Source of the DNA: Candidatus Krumholzibacteriia bacterium | GTDB taxonomy: Bacteria; Krumholzibacteriota; Krumholzibacteriia; WVZY01; JAKEHA01 | Direction: 5' to 3' | Length of the DNA: 26,484 bases | NCBI GenBank assembly: GCA_035620655.1 | Contig: DASPGK010000278.1 | Span: forward strand, 1 to 26,484 | Shown here: in pieces, positions 1 through 13,362 of the stretch | Layout of the letters: each line of letters begins with the position of its first letter | Numbering within the stretch: position 1 is the first letter of the stretch | Made by a program: the position numbers and the translations under genes | Notes under the pieces: generated by a model | What the model saw: the letters and a program-made list of their open reading frames with translations, nothing else | Database searches by the model: none | Told to the model about the DNA's origin: nothing

Positions 1-1184
1 TCGTCGACCACGGTTTCCGGGACTTCGTAGTCGATGGCGATGGCGTCGCGGAACGGATTGGGCGAGCCGACCAGGAGCGAGGGCGCCAACTTGCCGGGCG
101 TGCTCCAGAACAGCTGCGCGCTGGTGATCGCGCCGTACGGAGAACCGACGGCCGATTCCTCGACTTCGGACTCGCCGGCGGTCTCTTCCGGCTTCACCGT
201 CAGCGACACCGGAGGCGGAATCAAGCGCGCGCCCTTCTTGCCGGCGAGCGTGCGCCACGCCGCTTGAATGGCGCGCGCGGAGCGAAGATCGTCGGGGGGA
301 AGCGCGATCAGCGCGGCGTAGATCGTGATTTCCGCGCCGGCGGCGAGTTGACCGAGCAACGGCGAGAGCACGCGCGTGCCCTTGCGGTCCTCGCGCACCT
401 CCCAATCCTTGGCGCCCGCGGAAGGCGCCCATACCAAAAGCGCCACGCCGTTGCCGCCGTCGCGCCACACCAGCGTCTCGCCCGCCGAGGTCGATGCGCC
501 CAGTCGATCCGACTCGATTAACGGCGCGGGCTCGCTCTCGAAATTTCCGGCCGGCTGCACGAAGATGCCGACGCGAAGGTCGTCGAGCGCCGTCTTGCCG
601 GCCCGAACCGAGATCGCGGTGGCCGCCATCGCGTCGATGTGCGGGAGCGACCACGCGTACAGCTCCTGCCGAATCTCGATGCCGGAACTGCCCTTGGGGC
701 CGTACACCGCGACCGACATCTCGTCTCCGATGGCGGCGAAGTCTTCGTCGACGCGACCGTCCCCGTCGTTGTCGGCGCGATCGAGCGGGTCCTCGTCGAT
801 CTTGCCGTCGTAGTCGTCGTCGGGGCGCGGGAACGGGTCGCGCGCTCCGCCGCGCGCGCCTTCCTTGACCGGGTCGATGGGAGTGGACAGGAGCGATTTA
901 ACGCCGCCGGTTGCGTTCAAGAGCTCGGTCTCGACGCCACTCTGCGCGCGCGCATACAGAAGGACGCCGCCCTTGTCGAGAAACGACCGCTCGTTGGCCG
1001 GGCCGAAGAACTTCCACGCGCCGCTGGGCGTGATCGCGAAGGTCACGCGCGCCGGGGACACGCATACCAAGCCGTCGCCGCAGGCGCCCGCCGCCGCGCG
1101 TGCCGGCATCACACCCGCACCCGCGAGCCCGCAAAGCACAAGCGGCGCGAGTCGCGCCGCCACGATCAACCGCTTGGTGTCCAT
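1..1184 (-). CDS. Secreted protein with two DxDxDG-type Ca-binding motifs and the start of a PNPF-type (T9SS type A / FlgD-Ig-like) C-terminal domain; 3' end runs off the window
   Basis: Absent from the ORF track because there is no stop in the window; translated by hand. ATG at 1184, or GTG at 1193 overlapping the rex stop (GTGA). The frame is open to position 3. Signal-peptide-like N-terminus MDTKRLIVAARLAPLVLCGLAGAGVMPARA. DDDYDGKIDED at 789-821 and DNDGDGRVDED at 741-773. SPNPFRDAIAIDYEVP begins near 65. Confidence 0.75.
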   Translation of the reverse strand, partial: MDTKRLIVAARLAPLVLCGLAGAGVMPARAAAGACGDGLVCVSPARVTFAITPSGAWKFFGPANERSFLDKGGVLLYARAQSGVETELLNATGGVKSLLSTPIDPVKEGARGGARDPFPRPDDDYDGKIDEDPLDRADNDGDGRVDEDFAAIGDEMSVAVYGPKGSSGIEIRQELYAWSLPHIDAMAATAISVRAGKTALDDLRVGIFVQPAGNFESEPAPLIESDRLGASTSAGETLVWRDGGNGVALLVWAPSAGAKDWEVREDRKGTRVLSPLLGQLAAGAEITIYAALIALPPDDLRSARAIQAAWRTLAGKKGARLIPPPVSLTVKPEETAGESEVEESAVGSPYGAITSAQLFWSTPGKLAPSLLVGSPNPFRDAIAIDYEVPETVVD

Positions 1185-1189
1185 GACGC

Positions 1190-1807
1190 TCACATCGAAA
1201 GGTAGAAGCTCAGGCTCTCCAGCGCCACCGCGAGATTGACGTTACGGAGCCACACGCCCTCGGGGACGGCGAGCTGCGTGGGCGCGAAATTGAGAATTCC
1301 CTTGGTTCCGCTTCGCACCAACAGATCGACGATGTCGGCCGCGGCCTCGGGCGGGGTAGCGACCACCGCGATGTGGACCGGGTCGCGGCGCAGGACGTCC
1401 TCCGCGTGGCGCTGGTGGGTGATCTCGACGTCGTTCCACTTCGTCCCCACCTTGGCGGGGTCGACGTCGAACACGTGCTTGAAGAAGAAGCCGTCGTCGC
1501 GAAATCCTTCGTGGAAGAAGAGCGCGTGGCCCAGCGAGCCCGCGCCGAAGAGCGCCATGGTCCATTGCTTGTCGAGCCCCAGGATCTCGACGATCGCGCC
1601 CTTGAGCTCGGTGACGCTGTAGCCCAGCCCGCGCGTCCCGAAATTCCCGAAATACGAGAGGTCCTTGCGAACCTGGGCGCTCGTGATGCCGCCCAATTCG
1701 GCCAAGCGCGCGCTCGAAACCGTGGGAATACCGCGCTTCTCGAGGTCGAGCAGGATCCGGTAGTAATTCGAGAGCCGCCGGACCGTGAACTCGGAGATCT
1801 TCTCCAT
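1190..1807 (-). CDS. rex: Redox-sensing transcriptional repressor Rex
   Basis: wHTH motifs TVRRLSNYYRIL and SAQVRKDLSYFGNFGTRGLGY. Rossmann GAGSLG, FDVDPAKVG and GILNFAP. ATG at 1807 preferred because of the SD-like TAGGTG upstream; the ORF-track GTG at 1819 is the alternative. Confidence 0.95.
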   Translation of the reverse strand: MEKISEFTVRRLSNYYRILLDLEKRGIPTVSSARLAELGGITSAQVRKDLSYFGNFGTRGLGYSVTELKGAIVEILGLDKQWTMALFGAGSLGHALFFHEGFRDDGFFFKHVFDVDPAKVGTKWNDVEITHQRHAEDVLRRDPVHIAVVATPPEAAADIVDLLVRSGTKGILNFAPTQLAVPEGVWLRNVNLAVALESLSFYLSM

Positions 1808-1819
1808 CTTCAGACGCAC

Positions 1820-4258
<2,439 letters not shown>

Positions 4259-4344
4259 TCGATTCGCTCCTAGAAGATTTCTTGGCGTCCCGACGCCTTG
4301 TACCTAACGCGGGGACCTCCCGCCGAACACGCTCTCCGACCCGG

Positions 4345-4362
4345 TTGTGAAAGGAATTTCAA
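4345..4362. promoter_or_regulatory. Candidate Rex operator
   Basis: TTGTGAA-AGGA-ATTTCAA versus the Rex consensus TTGTGAA-N4-TTCACAA: 11/14 matches with one perfect half-site. It sits just downstream of the predicted gyrA-rex -10. Confidence 0.4.
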
Positions 4363-4371
4363 TGCCCCAAA

Positions 4372-4400
4372 ATAATAGAGGGTTCGGGGCCGAATGGGAA
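4372..4400 (-). promoter_or_regulatory. Predicted sigma70-type promoter for gyrA-rex
   Basis: Minus strand TTCCCA (4400-4395), 17-nt spacer, TATTAT (4377-4372), in an AT-rich intergenic stretch. Confidence 0.5.
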
Positions 4401-4403
4401 CTG

Positions 4404-4452
4404 TTTTTTTGCCCCCGTCACCGATGTAACCGAGAGTGTTAATTAAGGTTAC
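4404..4452. promoter_or_regulatory. Element shared with the dciA-gyrB upstream region (copy A)
   Basis: T7G-N13-TGTAACC-N4-GTG-N4-TTAA-N-GTTAC; 31/49 ungapped identity to 10983-11031. Confidence 0.55.
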
Positions 4453-4736
4453 GGTGTCGGCGGGGGGCCGTCGGGAGGGGATTTTCGGCCCACGCGTCGC
4501 TTGGCTTCGTCCACCGCCCATCGCGCGGTCTGTTTGATGCGCGCCAGCCACCGCTTCGCGAACGCGAATTCGAGTCCCAGGATGGCCAGCCCGCCCACGA
4601 TCGTGAGCAACCCCGGTCCCGGGAGCACGAGCATCGCGATCCCGAGCAGCACGACGGTCACGCCGATCACCGCGATCACGATGCGTCGCGCGGTGCGATA
4701 GGTGAGCTTCCACGTTTGCTTGACTCGACGGTCCAC
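4449..4736 (-). CDS. Small membrane protein, PGPGW-domain type
   Basis: ARRIVIAVIGVTVVLLGIAMLVLPGPGLLTIVGGLAILGLEFAFAKRWL has two hydrophobic helices around PGPG. Start uncertain (GTG 4736 or GTG 4757); the ORF-track start at 4811 looks too far upstream. Confidence 0.8.
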   Translation of the reverse strand: MDRRVKQTWKLTYRTARRIVIAVIGVTVVLLGIAMLVLPGPGLLTIVGGLAILGLEFAFAKRWLARIKQTARWAVDEAKRRVGRKSPPDGPPPTP

Positions 4737-4779
4737 TTCTACCTCACGTCGATTCACGCCGCTCGCAGCGCGAACGATA

Positions 4780-4810
4780 GTGACACTCGAATCACGATTC
4801 CATAGTATCA
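4780..4810. promoter_or_regulatory. Overlapping divergent promoter candidates for the kinase (+) and the PGPGW gene (-)
   Basis: Plus strand GTGACA (4780-4785), 17 nt, TAGTAT (4803-4808). Minus strand extended -10 TG-A-TACTAT (4810-4802). Confidence 0.4.
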
Positions 4811-4835
4811 CCCGGATGTCAAACGCCCGCGGCCC

Positions 4836-7499
4836 ATGGAACTAAAGCGCCTCGCGCACTACGAGATCGTCGGCCCCATCGGGGCCGGAGGCATGGGCGA
4901 GGTCTATCGCGCACGCGATACCAAGCTCGGCCGCGACGTCGCGCTGAAGCTCTTGCCGGAGCACTTCGCGCGCGACGCCGATCGTTTGGCGCGCTTCGAG
5001 CGCGAAGCACGTCTGCTCGCATCGCTCAATCATCCCCGCATCGCCGCGATCTACGGCCTCGAGCAGGACGGTGCCCACCGCTTCCTGGTCCTGGAGCTCA
5101 TCGAGGGCGAGGATCTCTCGAAACGAATCGCGCGTGGTCCGGTTCCGTTGGACGACGCGCTGGGGATTGCGCTGCACGTGTGCGAGGCGCTGGAAGCCGC
5201 GCACGAAACGGGCGTCGTGCACCGCGACTTGAAGCCGAGCAACATCGTCGTGACGCCGAACGGATCCGTGAAGGTGCTCGATTTCGGTTTGGCGAAGGCG
5301 CTCGATCCGGCGTCGGGGAATTCAAACCTTACACAATCGCCCACCATCCTGGGCAGCAGCCCGACGATGCAGGGCGTCATCCTCGGCACCGCGGCCTACA
5401 TGAGTCCGGAGCAGGCCCGCGGTCGCGCGGTCGATAAGCGGGCGGACATCTTCGCGTTTGGTTGCGTGCTCTTCGAGATGCTGACCGGTAAGTTGGCGTT
5501 CTCGGGCGAAACCGTGAGCGACACGCTGGCGGCGGTGCTGCGCGCCGACCCGGATTGGGGCGCGCTGCCGAAAGATACCCCGGCGGCGATCGCGCGCCTC
5601 TTGCGCCGGTGCCTCGAAAAAGACCCCAAGCGGCGGCTGCGCGACATCGGCGAAGCCGCTCTCGTGATCGACGATGTGCGATCGGGCCGCATCGTCGATG
5701 AACCCACCGCGGTCGCTGCGCCCTCAATACCCAAGGCGCGCTTTGTGGGTCCGCGCGCCATTGCGGTGGTGGCCATCGTGCTCGCGGCGGTGGCGGCCGG
5801 GTCGAGCGCCCTCACCCGCCTTCTTTCGCCGTCGGAAGCGGAACCGCCGTTCCGGAAGCTCCTGCTGGACGTCGTGCTCACCGACTCGCTGGGTGCGCCC
5901 GAGGCGCCCCGCATTTCCCCCGATGGCAAGCGGCTCGCATTTCACTCCGGCGGTCGCCTGTGGATTCGCGACCTCGACAATTTGGAGCCGCGCGCGATCG
6001 CGGAGTCCAGCTCGGAAGTGGCCCCGTTTTGGTCGCCGGACGGCGCATTCGTGGGCTACGTCACCTCGCAGCGCCTGTGGAAGGTGCGCGCAGCCGGCGG
6101 TGACCCCACTCCCGTGTGTGATTCCCCCGCGAGTTTTGGCGGGGGAGCGGGGGCGTCATGGGGCGACGACGGGCGCATCGTGTTCTCGTACGGAAACGGC
6201 GGGGTCTACGAAGTCTCGTCGAGCGGCGGCGACGCGCGCGAGATCATCCCCGTCGACGTCAGTGTCGAGCAAGATATCCATCAGCCCGCGATGCTGCCCG
6301 GGGGCAAGGGAATCCTCTACATCCAACACCGCCAGCAGTCCGGCCCGGATACTATTCAATTGTTCGCGAACGGAACTCGCAAGACGCTGCTGACGCTGAC
6401 CGGCCAGAATCTCTGGTCGGTCGAGTACGCGCCGAGCGGACACATTCTCTTCGTGCGGATCCCCGACAACGCGGGACTGTGGGCGGCGCCGTTCTCGCTG
6501 CAGTCGCTCGAGATCACCGGTGAGCCGTTCTTGATCGCGCCCAAATCGAGCGAGGGCAGCGCGTCGAACGACGGCGCGCTGGCCTACCTGCCCACCCTCT
6601 TCGGAGACATGGTCCGCGTGGCGCGGTACGACGGCGCCGGCAAGTTCGTTTCCTACGCTACCGAAACTTTGACCAACGTCAACTCGATCGCGCTCTCGCC
6701 CGACGGTTCCAAGCTCGCGGTGTCGATGCGCGACGCCGCCACGCGTGATGTCTGGGTGATCGACCTCGTCCGCAACACGCGCAGTCGCCTGACGTTCGCC
6801 GGAAACTACAACACCCAACCCGCGTGGTCCCCGGACGGCAAGACGATCGCGTATCGCAACGTCGACGATCAGAGTCTCTATTTGATCCCGGCCGATGGAA
6901 CGGGCGACCGGCGCTTCCTCACGCGCGGCGCGAGCTTTCCCTGCTATTCGCCCGACGGACGCTGGATCGTGTTCTCGACCCGCCTGAGCGGAAGCGCGGG
7001 CAACCAGGATTCCGACCTGTTCATGGTGGATGCGTCGCTGACGGACACGACGCGCGTCACCGTGTTCGCGGGAACCGGCGACCAGCGGTACCCGGTCGTG
7101 TCGCCCGACGGGAACTATGTGGCTTACCTGTCCAACGAGAGCGGCAACGACGTAGTGTACTTGACGACGTTTCCGCGCTCGACCGGCAAGTGGCAGGTGT
7201 CGGTGCACGGCGACGCGAACTGGCCGAGCTGGGCGCCGACCGGAGACCGCATCTATTTCGTCGCCGACGACCGCGTGGAGATGGTCACCTTCGAGCCGGG
7301 AGCAGCACCCCGCTTGGGTACGCCGCAGAAGATGCTCGACACCACGCGCGCGCGCCTCGAGTTGTGGGGGTTCCAAAAGCTCGACGTCGATATCGACGGC
7401 CGGGGAATACTGGTGGTGGAGGCGACGCGCAGCGTCGAGCAGCAGGACGGCGTCGTGTTCGTGGAAAATTGGCTCGAGGAGTTTTCGCAGGATCGATAG
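4836..7499 (+). CDS. Hanks-type Ser/Thr protein kinase with a TM segment and C-terminal PD40/TolB-like beta-propeller repeats
   Basis: IGAGGMGEVY, VALK, HRDLKPSN, DFG, GTAAYMSPEQ, DIFAFG and RLRD are all intact. TM segment AIAVVAIVLAAVAAG. About ten (W/S)SPDG-type repeats follow. Confidence 0.95.
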   Translation: MELKRLAHYEIVGPIGAGGMGEVYRARDTKLGRDVALKLLPEHFARDADRLARFEREARLLASLNHPRIAAIYGLEQDGAHRFLVLELIEGEDLSKRIARGPVPLDDALGIALHVCEALEAAHETGVVHRDLKPSNIVVTPNGSVKVLDFGLAKALDPASGNSNLTQSPTILGSSPTMQGVILGTAAYMSPEQARGRAVDKRADIFAFGCVLFEMLTGKLAFSGETVSDTLAAVLRADPDWGALPKDTPAAIARLLRRCLEKDPKRRLRDIGEAALVIDDVRSGRIVDEPTAVAAPSIPKARFVGPRAIAVVAIVLAAVAAGSSALTRLLSPSEAEPPFRKLLLDVVLTDSLGAPEAPRISPDGKRLAFHSGGRLWIRDLDNLEPRAIAESSSEVAPFWSPDGAFVGYVTSQRLWKVRAAGGDPTPVCDSPASFGGGAGASWGDDGRIVFSYGNGGVYEVSSSGGDAREIIPVDVSVEQDIHQPAMLPGGKGILYIQHRQQSGPDTIQLFANGTRKTLLTLTGQNLWSVEYAPSGHILFVRIPDNAGLWAAPFSLQSLEITGEPFLIAPKSSEGSASNDGALAYLPTLFGDMVRVARYDGAGKFVSYATETLTNVNSIALSPDGSKLAVSMRDAATRDVWVIDLVRNTRSRLTFAGNYNTQPAWSPDGKTIAYRNVDDQSLYLIPADGTGDRRFLTRGASFPCYSPDGRWIVFSTRLSGSAGNQDSDLFMVDASLTDTTRVTVFAGTGDQRYPVVSPDGNYVAYLSNESGNDVVYLTTFPRSTGKWQVSVHGDANWPSWAPTGDRIYFVADDRVEMVTFEPGAAPRLGTPQKMLDTTRARLELWGFQKLDVDIDGRGILVVEATRSVEQQDGVVFVENWLEEFSQDR

Positions 7500-7514
7500 C
7501 GGCGCCGTTCTCGA

Positions 7515-8606
7515 TCACCCGCGTTCGCGCAAGACCCGCCCGATTCGGGACAATGCTTCCCGCATGAGATCGCTCTCGAGACCGAACGAGATCCGAAAAT
7601 GATCGGGGGCGCCGAAGAACCGCCCCGGGACCACGGCCACCTCGAACTCCGCGTGCAATCGATCGACCAGCCGGTCGACGTCCCGATCTGCGACCTGAAC
7701 GAAGCCGACCGTCCCCGCGCGCGGCTTGGCCCACGAGAGGTCGTCGTGCGATCGCACGAAGGCGTCCACGAGCTCGATGTTGCGCGCAAGGAGCGCGTTC
7801 GATTCGGCCAAGAGCGCATCGGCGTGCTCGAGCGCGCGCGCCGCGATGCGCTCGCTGGGGTGCGCGGTATTCACGGAGAAGAGATCGTTGAGGCGTCGCA
7901 TGCGCTCCGCAAGCTCGGGCTCGGCGAGCACCCATCCCAGGCGCAGTCCGTCGAGCCCGAACACCTTCGTCATGCTGCTGGTCGCGAGAATACGCGGCGA
8001 CTGGCCAACGGCACTACGCGCGCCGCGAGCATGGAAGAATTCGAGATAGACCTCATCCACCAGGACGCGGGCCCCGACACTCTCGGCCGCGCGCGCGACA
8101 TCGGACAGCGTATCCTGGTTATCGAAGGCGCCGGTCGGGTTGTGCAGATTCGATACCACGACGAGCTTGGTCTTGGGTGTGAGCGCGCGGCGGACTTCTT
8201 CGGGGTCGATATGCCAGCGATTCTCGGCGTGGCGCGCGAACCAAATCACCCGCGCCCCGAGATACTCCGCGACGCGCACGAGCGGCTCGTAGACCGGGGT
8301 TTCCATGACGACGTCGTCGCCGGCTTCGAGGATCGCGGCCATCGCGAGGTGATTCGCCATCGAGCAGCCGTGGGTGGTGACGACGTGCGCGGGAGTCAAC
8401 TCCTGGCGCGCCGCGATTCGCTCCATCAGCGGAGGCCAGCCGTCTTCGGCGTTCTGGTTATGTAGAAGATCGGAAAGTGTCAGCTCGAGGCGCTCGAGCG
8501 CAAGCCGGGGCACGCCGCTGCGCGCCAGGTTGTAGCGCACGGGCACGCGGCGTTTGGTCCAGGTGAGATAGTCGGAGCCGCTGGACTGTGCCGGCCACGG
8601 CGTCAC
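7515..8606 (-). CDS. PLP-dependent aminotransferase, class I/II
   Basis: SNLHNPTG, VLVDEVY, the PLP-lysine motif SSMTKVFGLDGLRLGW and the C-terminal HFRISF. Substrate not assignable. Confidence 0.9.
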   Translation of the reverse strand: MTPWPAQSSGSDYLTWTKRRVPVRYNLARSGVPRLALERLELTLSDLLHNQNAEDGWPPLMERIAARQELTPAHVVTTHGCSMANHLAMAAILEAGDDVVMETPVYEPLVRVAEYLGARVIWFARHAENRWHIDPEEVRRALTPKTKLVVVSNLHNPTGAFDNQDTLSDVARAAESVGARVLVDEVYLEFFHARGARSAVGQSPRILATSSMTKVFGLDGLRLGWVLAEPELAERMRRLNDLFSVNTAHPSERIAARALEHADALLAESNALLARNIELVDAFVRSHDDLSWAKPRAGTVGFVQVADRDVDRLVDRLHAEFEVAVVPGRFFGAPDHFRISFGLESDLMREALSRIGRVLRERG

Positions 8607-8631
8607 GGGTGTGCTTTCCTTGCGGCCCGCG

Positions 8632-10942
<2,311 letters not shown>

Positions 10943-10971
10943 ACGCCTGAAAGGTACTGTGTTTGCGCGCA

Positions 10972-11045
10972 ATAATACACCCTTTTTTTGCGCGCCCTGG
11001 GGTTGTAACCAGTTGTGGATCTTAATGTTACAATTGGTAACCGGG
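10972..11045 (-). promoter_or_regulatory. Internal promoter region for dciA-gyrB, containing shared element copy B (10983-11031)
   Basis: AT-rich gap after recF. -10-like TATTAT at 10977-10972 with no good -35. GTAAC/GTTAC arms at 11005-11009, 11027-11031 and 11037-11041. DnaA-box-like TGTGGATCT (7/9) at 11014-11022. Confidence 0.5.
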
Positions 11046-11062
11046 TCCTTAACGTTCCGCCG

Positions 11063-12160
11063 TCACGCGCTCGAGATGCGCCCCGCCCAAACGCGGTGCA
11101 CGCGCGCTCGCGCATCGCTGGCAAGGTTCGCCGGACTGGTGACGAAGACCTGGCGGGAACCATCGAGGAATCGGTGCAGCTTGGCGATGATGGCTTCGTC
11201 GAACTCGGAAAAGACGTCGTCGAGTAGCAGTACGCACGGCTCGCGCAGCTCGTTCTCGAGGTACGACGTCTCCGCCAGCTTCAGCAGCACCGCGAGCAGC
11301 CGGCGCTGTCCTTGCGATCCGAAGCGTCGCAGGTCGTGGCCGTCCATCACCAGTTCGACGTCGTCGCGATGGGGGCCGGCGAGTGTGACCCCGCGGCGAT
11401 ACTCTTCGGAAGCGATCGAGGCCAGCGTGTCTTGAAATGCGCGGGTGAGCGACGCGGCGTCCTCGGTATCCGCGAGCAGATCCGAATCGTAGCGCATCAC
11501 GAAATCGAAGGGACTTTGGAGATCGCTCGCTTGCGCACGCATCTCGCGCTCCATGGCTGTGGTCAGCGCCCTTCGCCGCAATATGAAATCGGCGCCGAGC
11601 TCAATCAGGCGGTCGTTCCAGGCCGCCATCTCGTCACGCGAGGCGCGCGCTTTCAAGGCGGCGTTGCGCTGCTCGACGACGCGACGATACTTGGTCGCGG
11701 TTCGCAGGTAACCGGGATCGGTCATGATCCCGATCGTGTCCAAGAAGCGTCGCCGATTCTCGGGCTCTCCCGAGACGATGCGCAGGTCGTGCGGTCCGAA
11801 GAGCACGGCGGGGAAGCGGCCGGCGAGGTCGCCGCGCCGCGGGAGAAGCTCCCCGTTCACCTTGATCGCCTTGGCCGCGCGCCCCTCGCGGCGCTCGATC
11901 GAGAACGCGAAGTCTTCGCGGCGCCCGTCGGCGAAAGTGCACGCGAGCTCCACGCGGCAGAACGGCGCATCGAAGCGAATCAGCTCGGTATCGACTTGTG
12001 CTCGAAACGATCGCCCGAACCGGAAGAAATAGACGGCTTCGAGGAGGTTGGTCTTGCCCTGGCCGTTGTCGCCGACCAGCACGTTCAGGCCGGGACCGAA
12101 TGGGATCTCGCCCTCGAGGAGATTGCGGAAGTTCGTGGAGGCGAATCGATCGACGCGCAC
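11063..12160 (-). CDS. recF: DNA replication/repair protein RecF
   Basis: Walker A GDNGQGKTNLLEA, AGPHRDD, signature SQGQRR and Walker B VLLLDDVFSEFD. Confidence 0.96.
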   Translation of the reverse strand: MRVDRFASTNFRNLLEGEIPFGPGLNVLVGDNGQGKTNLLEAVYFFRFGRSFRAQVDTELIRFDAPFCRVELACTFADGRREDFAFSIERREGRAAKAIKVNGELLPRRGDLAGRFPAVLFGPHDLRIVSGEPENRRRFLDTIGIMTDPGYLRTATKYRRVVEQRNAALKARASRDEMAAWNDRLIELGADFILRRRALTTAMEREMRAQASDLQSPFDFVMRYDSDLLADTEDAASLTRAFQDTLASIASEEYRRGVTLAGPHRDDVELVMDGHDLRRFGSQGQRRLLAVLLKLAETSYLENELREPCVLLLDDVFSEFDEAIIAKLHRFLDGSRQVFVTSPANLASDARARVHRVWAGRISSA

Positions 12161-12173
12161 GGCGCCCGCTCGC

Positions 12174-13286
12174 TCAGTCGCTCAAGCGCAGAGGCATCAA
12201 CAAGCACTCGTGCTTGATCTCCTCGCCGTCCTGCTCCGGTGTCACCACGCCCGCGTTGTCGTTGCGATCGAGCAGGAACGACACGTCCGGGCTCTCGACC
12301 GTGCGCAAGATGTCGAGGAGATAACGGGCGTTGTAGCCGATCTCCATCTTGGGAGAAGTGTAGCTGCACGTCACTTCTTCGAGCGCCTCACCGACGTCGG
12401 GCGTCTTCACCGACAAGGTCAATCGATCGTCTTCGATCACCAGCTTGACTTGGTGCGTGATCGCACTCGAGAGAATCGACACGCGGCGGCACGCGTCCGT
12501 CAGCTCGTCGCGGCTCACCGTGAGTTTGCGCGTGTTCTTCTTGGGCATGACCTGGTTGTAGTCGGGGAAGGGGCCCTCGAGCAGCCGCGAGTAGATCACG
12601 CTGTCGCCCAGATCGAACGTGATGTGGTTCTCCGCCAGCGAGATGTGCACGCTGTCCATGTCCGCCGCGAGCGAGCGGTAGATATTGAGCGCCTTAGGGG
12701 AGACGATCACGTCTTTCTCCTCGCCGCCGCCGACTGCTCCGGGAAGCTGGACCTTGGCCAGGCGATGGCCGTCGGTCGCGATCATGCCCAGCGCGCCCTT
12801 CTTGATCTCCCACAGCACGCCGCACAACGACGGGCGCGTCAGATCGGTCGACACCGCGTAGCTGGTCTTGTTGATCATTCGATCGAGGACGCTCGCGGCG
12901 ATCGGAAATGTCACGGCCGCCTTCTGGGACGGGAGCTTCGGGAATTCGTCGGCGCTCTTCCCGGTCATCTTGAAACGGCTGCGACGGCACTTGATGGAAA
13001 TGCGATCGCCTTCGACCTCAATGACTACTTTGTCGTCGGGTAGTGAGCGCGCGATTTCGAAGAACTTCTTGCCCGGGACGGCCACACTTCCCGGCCCCGA
13101 CGTTTCGCACGCGAGTGTCTGTGTGAGCGATACGTCGAGGTCGTTTGCGGTCAGGGTGATCTTGCCGTCTCCGCGCGTCTCGAGAAGGAACGTCGAAAGA
13201 ATGGGAAGTGATGTCTTGCTCGGCACGACGGCCGCAATACCTTGAAGGCCCTTCAGTAGATCCTTCTGATCGACGGTGATTTTCAC
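12174..13286 (-). CDS. dnaN: DNA polymerase III beta sliding clamp
   Basis: KTSLPILS, ANDLDV, ATDGHRLA, SRLLEGPFPDY, IGYNARYLLD and LLMPLRL. GTG 13286 has the SD AAGGAGG 7 nt upstream, so the ORF-track start at 13310 is too long. Confidence 0.97.
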   Translation of the reverse strand: MKITVDQKDLLKGLQGIAAVVPSKTSLPILSTFLLETRGDGKITLTANDLDVSLTQTLACETSGPGSVAVPGKKFFEIARSLPDDKVVIEVEGDRISIKCRRSRFKMTGKSADEFPKLPSQKAAVTFPIAASVLDRMINKTSYAVSTDLTRPSLCGVLWEIKKGALGMIATDGHRLAKVQLPGAVGGGEEKDVIVSPKALNIYRSLAADMDSVHISLAENHITFDLGDSVIYSRLLEGPFPDYNQVMPKKNTRKLTVSRDELTDACRRVSILSSAITHQVKLVIEDDRLTLSVKTPDVGEALEEVTCSYTSPKMEIGYNARYLLDILRTVESPDVSFLLDRNDNAGVVTPEQDGEEIKHECLLMPLRLSD

Positions 13287-13362
13287 TCCCGGTCCTCCTT
13301 CTCGCCCCATGGATCAAAACCCTCACCGCAGCGCGATTGACAAAGCTTTGTGCGGAGCCGCG

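Noticed and set aside
4259-8631. Mobile element or genomic island call for the block between gyrB and gyrA
   Set aside because: No integrase, transposase, terminal repeats, tRNA target or obvious compositional shift was seen.
11707-11716. GGTAACCGGG inside recF, identical to 11036-11045
   Set aside because: It encodes ordinary residues (PGY) and lacks the rest of the shared element. It does show that the GTAACC hexamer alone is not diagnostic.
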